Below, piece by piece: positions 18,855-30,182 of a stretch of DNA of 64,000 bases. Origin of the DNA: Acidobacteriota bacterium (GTDB lineage Bacteria; Acidobacteriota; Vicinamibacteria; Fen-336); the NCBI GenBank assembly GCA_011526565.1, contig WYBL01000026.1, forward strand, positions 103,928 through 167,927, in the 5' to 3' direction. The position numbers were made by a program, and so were the translations under genes. The notes beneath the pieces were generated by a model. It was not told where the DNA came from. It saw nothing but the letters and a program-made list of their open reading frames with translations, and did not search any database. Each line of letters begins with the position of its first letter. The stretch's first letter is position 1.

Positions 18855-19799
18855 GTGGAGACCTGGTACGACGTCTTCGGGCGGCGCTTCGTGGTCCGCT
18901 CTCAGCGTCGAGCCGTGCTCGAGCGGCTGCGCGGCAACGCCGCCTGGAGCCGGCTCGAGGCGCCCCCCGCGCCGAAGGCGGACGCCGAGATCGAGGTGCT
19001 GTTCCCGGCGGAGCCGAACCCGCTCCGCGAGGTGCAGTCCTTCGGCAACGAGACCTTCTTCCTCCACGCCAGCCGCCACAAGCTGATCACGGGACACTGC
19101 GCGGGCCGCCCCTGGCAGGTCCACGTGCAGAGCTTCGTCGCGGATCCCTTCCGCGTGGCTCACGCGATGGTGGTGCCGACGCTGCAGGACCTGGTCGAGC
19201 GCCGCGGGCTCTCGTCGCTGCACGCGGCCGCGGTCGCGTCCCGCGGCCGTGGCGTCCTGCTGTGCGGGGACACCGGCAGCGGCAAGAGCACGACCGCGCT
19301 CGCGCTCGTCGCCCAGGGGTTCGACTTCCTGACCGACAACGACGCGTACCTCGAGCTCGCGCGGGGTGCGGTCCGGGTGCGCAGCCGGGGCGCGAGGGTC
19401 GGCCTGCGGCCGGCAGCGGCCCGGCTGTTGCCCGGCGCGCCGGCGCTCGCTCGCTTCCCGCTGCGCGGGCGCGGCGCGCAGCGCAAGCGACAGGTGGACC
19501 CGGGCGCGATGTGGCCGCGCGCCTGCAGGAGCGCGGCGACCGTTCGGCTGCTGCTGTTCCCCCGCGTCGGCCGCGGCGGCCGCAGCCGGCTGCGGCCACT
19601 GTCGCCGACAGAGGCGCTGTCGAGGCTGCTCGACTCGTACCCGCTCGGTGGCAGCGTGCGAGGCGTGATCCCCGACGGCTGGGCCCAGCAACGGCGCTTC
19701 GAGCGCCTGTCCCTGCTCGTCGCCACGGCACCCGCGTACGCGCTGGACCTCGCTCCCGAGCTGGCGACGCTGGGCGAGCAGGTGCGAGAGCTGCTGTGA
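18855..19799 (+). CDS. HPr kinase C-terminal-domain-like P-loop kinase (HprK-related kinase). GTG start.
   Basis: LHAAAVASRGRGVLLCGDTGSGKSTTALALVAQGFDFLTDND matches HprK [25 protein letters not shown]. Confidence 0.7.
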   Translation: METWYDVFGRRFVVRSQRRAVLERLRGNAAWSRLEAPPAPKADAEIEVLFPAEPNPLREVQSFGNETFFLHASRHKLITGHCAGRPWQVHVQSFVADPFRVAHAMVVPTLQDLVERRGLSSLHAAAVASRGRGVLLCGDTGSGKSTTALALVAQGFDFLTDNDAYLELARGAVRVRSRGARVGLRPAAARLLPGAPALARFPLRGRGAQRKRQVDPGAMWPRACRSAATVRLLLFPRVGRGGRSRLRPLSPTEALSRLLDSYPLGGSVRGVIPDGWAQQRRFERLSLLVATAPAYALDLAPELATLGEQVRELL

Positions 19800-20884
19800 A
19801 GCGCCGCGGGCTGCGGCTCGCCTTCCAGCTCCATCCCCGGCTGTTCGGCGGCCAGGAGCGCTTCCTGCTGCGGCTGCTGGGCGCCCTGCGCGAACGGGGC
19901 CACGCCTGCTTCGTCGTTTCGGCGCCCGCGGGGCGCGTGCTGCGCGAGTTCGAGCGGGCCGGGTTCGAGTCGCTGCGGCTGGCCGGCCGCGACTTCGGCC
20001 GCGACCACGAACGCCTGGCTTCCTGGTTGCGCCAGCAGCGGGCGGACGTGGCGCAGACCAACCTCTACGCGCCGCTGGCGGGGCTGGCTGCCGCCGCTGC
20101 GGGCGTGCCCCACGTCTGGAGGGTCGGTGGCCATCCCGACGTGGCCCTCGCCGACATGGCACCGGCTCCCCGGCGGGGCCTGCTGCGGCTGCTCGCCTCG
20201 CTCTCCGCCGTGGTCGTGTGCAACTCGCGCTTCGTCGCCGGCGGGTTGCGCAACGGCGGTGTGCGCCGGCCTCGGGTGATTCCCAACGGCGCTCCGATCC
20301 CCCCTGCCGCGAGCCCGCGAGCCGCGGGCGACACCGTGCGGTTCGCGCTCGCCGCCCACTTCTATCCGGTGAAGCGCCACGCCGACTTCGTCCGCGCCGC
20401 CGCGTTCGTCGCGCGCCGCGTGCCCGCCCGCTTCCGGATCTACGGCTCGAGCTTCGGCCAGCCGGAGATGCGGCGTCACGAGCGCGCGGTCCGCGACCTG
20501 GTCCGGCGCCTGGGATTGCAGCGCCAGTTCGACTTCCGCTGCGCTCGCGCCGAGGGCGCGATCGCCGCGTGGAGCGACGTGGCCGTGCTGCCTTCGGTCG
20601 GCGAGAGCTGCAGCAACGCGGTGCTGGAGGCGATGGCCGCCGGCAGCGCCGTGGTGGCCGCTCGCTCCGGGGGCAACCCCGAGCTGGTGGTCCACGGGCG
20701 CAGCGGCCGGCTTCATCCACCGGGCGACTGGCGCGGGTTGGCGGCCGAGATGCTCGTCCTTGCCGCCGACCCGCGCCAGCGCGAGAAGCTCGGTCGTGCG
20801 GCTGCCCGGCGAGTGGTCGCGCGCTTCTCGATCGAGCGCTGCGCGTCGGCCTACGAGGAGCTCTACGGCGCGTTGGCCGGCTGA
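19796..20884 (+). CDS. Family 4 (GT-B, group 1) glycosyltransferase. The GTG start overlaps the upstream stop.
   Basis: The C-terminal GT4 signature is PSVGESCSNAVLEAMAAGSAVVAARSGGNPELVVHGRSGRL (E-x7-E region). Confidence 0.8.
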   Translation: MKRRGLRLAFQLHPRLFGGQERFLLRLLGALRERGHACFVVSAPAGRVLREFERAGFESLRLAGRDFGRDHERLASWLRQQRADVAQTNLYAPLAGLAAAAAGVPHVWRVGGHPDVALADMAPAPRRGLLRLLASLSAVVVCNSRFVAGGLRNGGVRRPRVIPNGAPIPPAASPRAAGDTVRFALAAHFYPVKRHADFVRAAAFVARRVPARFRIYGSSFGQPEMRRHERAVRDLVRRLGLQRQFDFRCARAEGAIAAWSDVAVLPSVGESCSNAVLEAMAAGSAVVAARSGGNPELVVHGRSGRLHPPGDWRGLAAEMLVLAADPRQREKLGRAAARRVVARFSIERCASAYEELYGALAG

Positions 20885-22526
20885 GCCAGCTCGCGCTCGA
20901 GCGCCTCCGCGACGACCTTCGCCGCCAGTGCCTGGCCCGCCTCGTTGAAGTGCCCGTCCCACGGCAGGTAGAGGTTGCGCGCCCTGGCGGCGTGGCGGAA
21001 CGCCTCGCTTGGATCGACCCAGGTGATGCGCTGCTCCTCGCAGAACGCGCGCAGCCGGTTCCGCTCCCGATCCAGGTCGAAGTCGGACGCGGCGAGGTTC
21101 CAGCGCCGTGCGAGCACCGACCAGTCCTGGGCCTGCACGGCGTGCCGCTGGGGCAGGTAGACGAGGACGAAGCGGGCGCCGCGTTCCTGCGCGGTCCGGT
21201 TCATCGCCGCGAGCAGCGGCAGCGAGACGGCCCACGAGTCGGCCGCCGGTGGCAGTTCCTCCCGATACGCGAAACCGAGGTTGGGAAACCCGTCGAACAG
21301 CAGCTTGCGGGGTCCCCGCTGGACGAGCGCCCCGCCGCTCACCGTCAGTTCGCCGCGGAACTCGTCGCTTCGCTCCGGGCCCGGCGGCGGCCGCAGCGCC
21401 CGCAGGGAGCGGAGGGCCAGCACGGCCTGCAGCGCCGGATGCGGCGCCCGGGGCGGAGCGGCGGTCGCGGCGATCGACGGATCGCCGTCGCGCGGATACG
21501 TCCACTGGCGCCACTGGCCGAACCGCACCCGGGCGGCCGGCCGTGCGACCCTGCGCAGCCGTCCGTCGGCGTCGAGGCGGATCGCACCCTGCGCCCCGCA
21601 GCCGAGCCAGCCCTGCAGGAGGTCGTTCCCCGAGAGGCCGAACAGCACGATGTCCGGTCGCAATGCGGCGCCGTGACGCTGCAGGTAGAGGGCGCCGTAG
21701 CAGGGATCCGAGACCTCGGCGTTCCAGACCCGCACCGGGCGCCGCAGGGCGGCGACGAGGCGGCGCTGGACCAGCGGACCCAGGAACGCGTGCTGGTCGA
21801 CGCCGAAGCCGATCCCGAACGAGTCGCCGAGGTTCAGCACGGTCAGGCCGCCCGGCAACGGCGGGGTGTCCGGCTCCTCGTCGTTGCGCAGCCCGATCCG
21901 GTTCGTCGCGAACCAGACGCGGCGTTCCGCATCCAGGCCCGAGCGCGCGATCCAGGTTCGTACCGACGGCCGCAGGCGCCCGCCGGGGCCAATCAGCGGT
22001 TCCTGCAGCGGGAAGAGGAACGCGAAGGTCCTGCGGTCGCCCCATCGCGGCACACCCTCGGACCGCTCCGAGCCGAGGCGCGCTGCGAACTCGGGGGCGA
22101 GCAACCCGCTCGCGGCGAGGGCCAGGCTGGCCAGCACGAGCAGTCCCTCGCCGCTGCGGCGCGACACGGCCCACGCCAGCGTCGCGAGATTCGCCGTCCA
22201 GAGCCAGGCGAGCAACCCGGCCACCTGGGAAGGGACCGCGATCGCCCACGCAGCCGCTCCCGCCACGGCGACCGCGCGGATCGCCACCCACCGGCGCGGC
22301 CGGTCCGCGACGGCCGCGGCGAGGGCGGGGAAGCGCCACGCGGCGAGCGCCTGGCCGCACGCGAGCGCCGCCAGCGGCAGCATCACGCCCACCGCATAGC
22401 GCCAGGACCATCCGAGCAGCACAGGGTCGTCACTGGCGTGCCGGCCGGCCAGGGCCAGCGAGACGGCCCCCAGCAACGCAACCGCACCTGCGGTGGCCGC
22501 CGCCAGCGCCGTCGGCACTCGCGGGC

Positions 22527-22530
<4 letters not shown>
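20863..22530 (-). CDS. Membrane-anchored SGNH/GDSL hydrolase-family protein (AlgJ/PatB-like acyl-esterase/acetyltransferase candidate)
   Basis: The N-terminal ~200 aa is polytopic. Block I is GLTVLNLGDSFGIGFG and block V is YLPWDGHFNEAG. The TTG start overlaps the ABC stop (tcTTGAgccc). Confidence 0.7.
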
Positions 22531-24163
<1,633 letters not shown>

Positions 24164-24167
<4 letters not shown>

Positions 24168-25930
24168 GCGGCGTGCCCCGTGGCGGGGCCGTCGACGTGG
24201 CGGCGATGCCAGGCCTCGATCACGAACAGGGCCCAGAGCCGATAGCCGTGCAGGGCCCGCAGCCGCGCATGTTCGTCCCACAGCCGCTGCACGTAACGCT
24301 GGCGGAACAGGCCGCGCTGCCGGCACCGGGGCGAAAAGAGGAGGTCCGCCACCTGGTCGCGGAACGGTCCCGGCTGCCAGAGCCAGGCATCGATCGGGAG
24401 CGCGAACCCGCGCTTGCGGCGCGTGAGCACGGGCGGCGGCAACAGCGCCGCAAAAGCGCGCCGCAGCAGCTTCTTGCCTGAGTGCCGGTCCACGCGCCAG
24501 GCGACCGGAAGGCCGGTGGCGTGGTCGGCGAAGGGGCGGGACAACGCGGGCACGCGGATCTCCAGCCCGGCCAGCATCCCGGCCCGGTCGCACTTGTGCA
24601 GCAGGTCCGCGGGCAGATAGCGGCGCAGGTCGTCGCTGAGCCGACGCTCGCGGCGGCTGGCCAACCGCGCGTGTGGAGGCAGGGACGCCGCCGGCTGCCA
24701 CGCGCCGAGCCGGCGGCGGAAGGCGGCTGACGGCAGGCCGCCCAGCGGAGTTCCCGCGCCGGGCCACGCGGCCAGTGCGTCGGCGGCGAGATCGAGACGG
24801 CGGTGCCAGAAATTGCCGCCATGCAACTCGTCGAGGCCTTCACCTCCCAGCACGGCCTTGACGTGGCCGCGCGCGAAGCGGGCCAGCAGGTGGGTCGGCA
24901 CCACCGAGGCGTCCGCGAACGGCTCGTCGAGGTCCTCGAAGAGCGCGGGGAGCGCGCGGGCGGCGGTCGTGGCGTCGATCGAGATCTCGTGGTGGGTGGT
25001 GCGGAAGCGCTGCGCGACCAGCCGCGCGAACGGCCCCTCGTCGAATCCCGGCGCGGCGATGCGGGCGGAGAAGGTGGGCAATCCGGGGCAGTGGCGGCTG
25101 GCGAGGGCCACGACGGCGCTGGAGTCGAGCCCACCGCTGAGGAACACGCCGACGGGGCCGTCGGCGCGCAAGCAGCGTTCGACCGAGGCGTCCAGGCGCC
25201 GGACCAGCGTGCGCGCCGCGTCGGCGGGCCGCCCGGCCCGCGCGGGGGTTCGCGCGGGCGGAGGCTCGTGGTACCGGCGCAGGGTGCTCGCTCCGTCCGC
25301 CTCGACGACCAGGACGTGTGCGGCCGGGAGGCGGCGCACGTCTCGCCAGATCGACCGCGTGTCGTCGATCGCGAGGCGCGTCAGGCAGTCCGCCAGCGCC
25401 CGCGGATCGACGCGTCGATCGAAGCCGGGAGCCGCCGCCAGCGCCCCGGGCTCGGACGCGAAGCGCAGCCGCCGCGCGTCGCGGACGTAGTAGAGCGGCT
25501 TGATCCCGAACGGGTCGCGGGCCAGCACCAGCCGCCGGCGCCGCGCATCCCACAGCGCGAAGGCGAACATCCCGCCGATCCGCTCGACGAAGCGGAGGGG
25601 ATCGTCCTCGTAGAGGTGCAGGATCACCTCGCAATCGCTGCCCGTGCGCAACGAGTGGCCGCGCCCGGCGAGCCGCACCCCCTGCTCGCGGGCGTCGTCC
25701 ACGTGGCCGTTGCAGACGAGCCACAGGCTCGCGTCCTCGTTGCTCAGCGGCTGGGCTCCCCCCGCGGCATCGATCACGGCGAGACGCCGATGGCCGAGAC
25801 CCAGCGTCCCGTCGAAGTGGAAGCCCGCGCCGTCGGGGCCGCGGTGGGCCAGTCGACGCGTCATCTCGCGCACGGCCCGCCGATCGACCGGCGCCCCGTC
25901 GAACCGCCACTCGCCCGCGATCCCGCACAT
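24164..25930 (-). CDS. Asparagine synthetase (glutamine-hydrolysing) family protein with intact Cys1 glutaminase domain. It is a candidate sugar/peptide amidotransferase or lasso-cyclase-like enzyme.
   Basis: MCGIAGEW is an Ntn Cys1 start. The PP-loop is VGVFLSGGLDSSAVVAL. The AsnB C-terminal domain is present. ATG at 25930. Confidence 0.85.
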
Positions 25931-25986
25931 CCGGCGCCAACGATATACGGATTGGCCGCGGGCGCCGCGGGCTAGGATCCCGGATC

Positions 25987-26784
25987 TTGATCCAGGCAGG
26001 ACGTGCAGCGGAGGACTCGACGCTGGTGCTCGGAGCCGCCGGTCGCGTCGGGCGCGTGCTCGCCGCGCGACGGGTCGGGGGCCCGCGGGCCGCCTTCGTC
26101 GACGTGGACGCCCTGGACGTGAAGGAGCCCGTCGCCCTGGCGCGGGCCGCGCGCTCCCACGAGCGCTGGGTTCACCTGGCGAGCGAACTGCGCACGGCCG
26201 CGGTCGATCCCGCTGCCGCCGACGCCGAGGCCTGGCGGTGGCGGCGGTCGCACGTCGAGATGGCGCGCCGCGTGCTCGCGGCTGCCGTGGCCGGCGGCGT
26301 GCGCCAGGTGGTGCTGGCCAGTTCGGTCCGGGCGGCGGACCAGGATGCCGCCGGTGCCGGCCCCGACAGGTTGACGCACGCCGGTATGAACCGCGCGATC
26401 GAGGAGGCGGGTCGCGAGGCGTCACGCTCCGGACCCGACGTCGCCTGCATTCGGCTCGGCAGCGTCTCGTGGCCCGACCGGCCCCGCAGCCCCGACGAGG
26501 CGCTGTGGCTCTCGCACGAGGACTGCGCGGCCGCGTTCGCGGCCGTGCTCGCCTCGCCCCCGGTCGGCGGCCGCTTCACGGCGTTCACGGCCGTCTCGGC
26601 GCTGGCGGGTACGCACCCGGACACGGCGAACCCCTTCGGCTGGCAACCACACACCAGGCGAGTGGGATGGCGCCGCCGGGCCCACGGGCGGGTCGTCGAC
26701 CTCAAGGGCCGGCTGCTCGACTCGCCGCTGGGACCGTTCCTCCGCGAGTGTCAGCGCTCCGGACGGCGCCTGGTGGGTTCCTGA
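25987..26784 (+). CDS. NAD(P)-binding Rossmann-fold protein (atypical SDR/NmrA/epimerase-like). TTG start inferred.
   Basis: TLVLGAAGRVGRVLAARR glycine-rich loop. It is divergent from the Asn-synthetase gene by 56 bp. Confidence 0.55.
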   Translation: MIQAGRAAEDSTLVLGAAGRVGRVLAARRVGGPRAAFVDVDALDVKEPVALARAARSHERWVHLASELRTAAVDPAAADAEAWRWRRSHVEMARRVLAAAVAGGVRQVVLASSVRAADQDAAGAGPDRLTHAGMNRAIEEAGREASRSGPDVACIRLGSVSWPDRPRSPDEALWLSHEDCAAAFAAVLASPPVGGRFTAFTAVSALAGTHPDTANPFGWQPHTRRVGWRRRAHGRVVDLKGRLLDSPLGPFLRECQRSGRRLVGS

Positions 26785-26805
26785 CGGCGCCTCGGGGACC
26801 CGGGC

Positions 26806-29148
26806 TCAGGCGGTCGGCGGCGCTTCCTTTCCGGAGGCCGTCGCGCCGCGCCACAGGAAGTGGGCGAGGGCGGGCAGCAGCAGGATCGCACCGAGCATGT
26901 TGAACAGGAACAGGAAGGTCAGCAGGATGCCCATGTCGGCCTGGAACTTGAGCGGCGAGAAGATCCAGGTGGCGACGCCCATCGCCAGCGTCAGGCCGGT
27001 GAAGATCACGCCGTTGCCGGTCGTCGTGAGCGCGTCGTGGTAGGCCTGCTTCAGCGGCTCGCCGGCCTCCAGCAGCCCGGCCATGCGCCCGAACAGGTAG
27101 ATCCCGTAGTCGACGCCGATGCCCACGCCGAGCGCGGCCACCGGCAGCGTCGAGACCTTGAGTCCGATCTCGAGCACCGCCATCAGCGCGTAGGCGAGCA
27201 GCGAGACGAGCGCGAGCGGCAGCACGATGCAGACCGCGATGCGCCAGGAGCGGAAGCTCAGCAGGCACAGGGCGATCACCGCGGCGAACACGCCGCCGAG
27301 GATCGGGAACTGGGCCGCGGCCACCTCCTCGTTGGTCGCCGCCATCACCCCCAGGTTGCCGGTCGCCAGCCGGAACTTCACGTCGGGGTTGCCGTGGGAG
27401 GCCTGGTAGGCCTTCACCTCGGCGACGATGCGGTCGATCGTCTGCGCCTTGTGATCTGTGGTGAAGATCAGCACCGGCATCACGCTGCACTCGCCGTTGA
27501 GCAGGCCGGTCGAGGTGTCGACGTAGGTGACGGCCTGGGCCAGCAGCGAGGTGTCGCGCGGCAGCACCCGCCACTCCAGGCTGCCCTCGTTCCAGCCCGC
27601 GGTCAGCAGCTTGGCGACCGTCGGCAGCGCGACGACCGACTGCACGCCGGGCACGTTGCGCATCTCCCACTCGAAGCGGTCGATCACGCTCATCACCGCG
27701 TGGTCGGTGCAGGCCTGGGCCGGCACCTCGGTGATCACCGTCAGCAGGTCGACGCCGATCGAGAAGTGGCGGGTGACCACGTCGGTGTCGATGTTGTAGC
27801 GCGAGTCGGCGTGCAGCTCGGGCACGCCGGCGTGCAGGTCGCCGATCTGCACCTTGTTCGACGTCGGGTAGCCCCAGGCCAGCAGCAGCAGGGCGATGCC
27901 CGCCACGACCAGCGCCCGCCGCCGCTCGGTCAGCCGCGACAGCGCGTGCCACAGCGGGTCGACGTGGGCGTGACGGCGCTTGAGCTGGAGCAGGTAGATC
28001 TCGTCGTGGTGGACCCACGACAGCAGCAGCGGGACCAGCAGCATGTTGATGATCAGGATCATCGCCACGCCGAGCGAGGCCGTGATCGCCATCTCGCGGA
28101 TCATCTGGATGTCGATCAGCAGGATGGTCACGAAGCCGATGCAGTCGGTCAGCAGCGCGACGCTGCCCGGCACCAGCAGCTTGCGGAACGCCGCGCGGGC
28201 CGCCGGTTCTCCCGTGTGGCCCAGCCAGAACTCGGCGCGGTGCACGCTGATCATCTGCACGCCGTGGCTGACGCCCACGGCGAACACCAGGAACGGGACC
28301 AGGATCGACATCGGGTCGATCCCGTAGCCGAGCAGCGGCAGCAGGCCCAGCGTCCACACCACGGCGGTCACGGAGGAGACCAGCGGGATCACGGTCAGCG
28401 CGATCGACTGCGAGTAGACGAACACGAACACCGCGGTCACGAAGAAGGCGATCGCGAAGAACAGCACGACCCGCCGCGCCCCGGACGCGATGTCGCCGAT
28501 CACCTTGGCGAAGCCCAGGATGTGGTAGTCGAAGGCGACGCCGACGCCGTTCGTCGAGTGCTTCAGGCGGATCGCCTCGAGCTGGTCGGCGACGTGGATG
28601 TAGTCGAGCCGGGCGCCGGTGCGCGGGTCGATCTCGAGCAGCTCGGCGCTGACCAGGGCCGCGGTGAAGTCGTTGGCGACCAGGCGGCCGACGTAGCCCG
28701 ACTTGAGCACGTTGCGCCGTACCTTGGCCAGGCCCTCGGCCGTCGGCTCGAAGTCGGCCGGCACCACGTTGCCGCCCGAGATGCCGTCCTCGACGACCTC
28801 CGTGAAGCGCACGTTGGGGGTGAACAGCGAGGAGACCCGCGCGCGGTCGACGCCGGGAATGAAGAACACGTCGTCGGTGACGGACTTGAGCGTCGCGAAG
28901 AACTGGGGCGTGAAGATGTCGCCCTCGCGCACCTTGAGCGCGATCAGCACGCGGTTGGCGCCGCCGAACTCGTCGCGGTACTGCATGTACGTTCGCATGT
29001 ACTCGTGCTGCAGCGGCAGCAGCTTGGCGAAGCCCGCGTCGACGCGCAGCCGCGAGGCGCTGGCGCCGAGCAGCACGGTGACCACGGCAAACAGCACGAG
29101 CACCAGCCGGCGGTGACCGAAGAGGAAGTTCTCGAGCCGGGCCTTCAT
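26806..29148 (-). CDS. MMPL/RND-superfamily exporter (SSD-containing; HpnN/MmpL-like)
   Basis: It has twelve-TM architecture with two large periplasmic loops. The conserved GxxxD/VSHGVQM-type regions are present. The RND-like C-terminal half is FPILGGVFAAVIALCLL... ATG at 29148. Confidence 0.85.
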   Translation of the reverse strand: MKARLENFLFGHRRLVLVLFAVVTVLLGASASRLRVDAGFAKLLPLQHEYMRTYMQYRDEFGGANRVLIALKVREGDIFTPQFFATLKSVTDDVFFIPGVDRARVSSLFTPNVRFTEVVEDGISGGNVVPADFEPTAEGLAKVRRNVLKSGYVGRLVANDFTAALVSAELLEIDPRTGARLDYIHVADQLEAIRLKHSTNGVGVAFDYHILGFAKVIGDIASGARRVVLFFAIAFFVTAVFVFVYSQSIALTVIPLVSSVTAVVWTLGLLPLLGYGIDPMSILVPFLVFAVGVSHGVQMISVHRAEFWLGHTGEPAARAAFRKLLVPGSVALLTDCIGFVTILLIDIQMIREMAITASLGVAMILIINMLLVPLLLSWVHHDEIYLLQLKRRHAHVDPLWHALSRLTERRRALVVAGIALLLLAWGYPTSNKVQIGDLHAGVPELHADSRYNIDTDVVTRHFSIGVDLLTVITEVPAQACTDHAVMSVIDRFEWEMRNVPGVQSVVALPTVAKLLTAGWNEGSLEWRVLPRDTSLLAQAVTYVDTSTGLLNGECSVMPVLIFTTDHKAQTIDRIVAEVKAYQASHGNPDVKFRLATGNLGVMAATNEEVAAAQFPILGGVFAAVIALCLLSFRSWRIAVCIVLPLALVSLLAYALMAVLEIGLKVSTLPVAALGVGIGVDYGIYLFGRMAGLLEAGEPLKQAYHDALTTTGNGVIFTGLTLAMGVATWIFSPLKFQADMGILLTFLFLFNMLGAILLLPALAHFLWRGATASGKEAPPTA

Positions 29149-30101
29149 CGCGTCCCCTCCGCCGCGGCCACGTCGGCCGCCGCCAGCTTGCGCACGCCGA
29201 ACTCGCCGCATTGCGCCAGACCGCCGTCAGGGGTCGGGGCCATCGCCTGGACCCCGAGGCGGTCTGGCCGCGCGTGCAGGGTGAAGGTGCGCCCGCCGTC
29301 GCTGCTGACGAGGACGACGCCAGCCAGTCCGGCCATCACGAGGCGGCCGTCCTTCAGCCGGGCCGCGCTGGTCAGCATGGTGTCGACGCCCGTCTCGAGC
29401 GGCGTCCAGGAGCGGCCGCCGTCGGGCGAACTGAGCGCGTGGCCACGCAGCCCGAAGAGCAGCAGCGCGTCGCCGTCGAGCGGCAGGGTGCCGAACAGCG
29501 AGCCCTCGTAGGGGACTGCCAGCTCGCGCCAGGTGGCGCCCTGGTCGTCGGAGCGCAGCAGCAGGCCTCCTTCGCCGGCGAGGTACAGGGCGCCGGAGGC
29601 GGCGCGCGAGACGTGGTGGTAGTGGGCGTCCGACTCGGTGATCGGCCGCGGCGCCCAGGTCGCGCCGCCGTCGGCCGACTCCAGGAAGCTGCCGTAGGCG
29701 CCGACCGCGAAGGCCCGCGCCGGGTCGACGAAGAAGACGTCGAAGAGCGGGGCGTCGGCCTCGGCGTCGACGTGGACCCGCTCCCACTTCAGGCCGCCGT
29801 CGGTCGTGCGCAGGATCGTCGAGTCGTGGCCGACGGCGAGTCCCAGCTTCGCGTCGGCGAAGGCGACGCCCGTGAGCAGCGCGGTGGTGGGAACCACGAC
29901 CTGACGCCAGTGTGCGCCCTGGTCGTCGGAGAGCAGCACGTGCCCGCGCTCGCCGACGGCCACCAGCCGCGAGCCCGCGGCCTCGACGTCGAGCAGCAGC
30001 GACCTGTCGGCGAGCGGCCGGAGGACGGAGGACTCGTCTGCCATGGCGGAGCTGGCGAGCGCGAGGGTGAGGGCGGCGGCGAGGCGGGCGGCCTTCTCCA
30101 T
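29145..30101 (-). CDS. Ycf48/BNR-repeat beta-propeller protein (photosystem II assembly factor-like) commonly paired with MMPL exporters
   Basis: It has a signal peptide. There are repeated SxDxGxTW BNR motifs (SDDQGAHW, TTDGGLKW, SADGGATW, SDDQGATW, SPDGGRSW, SSDGGRTF). Confidence 0.8.
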   Translation of the reverse strand: MEKAARLAAALTLALASSAMADESSVLRPLADRSLLLDVEAAGSRLVAVGERGHVLLSDDQGAHWRQVVVPTTALLTGVAFADAKLGLAVGHDSTILRTTDGGLKWERVHVDAEADAPLFDVFFVDPARAFAVGAYGSFLESADGGATWAPRPITESDAHYHHVSRAASGALYLAGEGGLLLRSDDQGATWRELAVPYEGSLFGTLPLDGDALLLFGLRGHALSSPDGGRSWTPLETGVDTMLTSAARLKDGRLVMAGLAGVVLVSSDGGRTFTLHARPDRLGVQAMAPTPDGGLAQCGEFGVRKLAAADVAAAEGTR

Positions 30102-30182
30102 GGAGCCTCCGGCGAGGGCGATGTGGCGGGGAGGGAGGGGCGGCCGGGCCCGCGGCGGGGCCCGGCCGGAACGGAGGAACGG

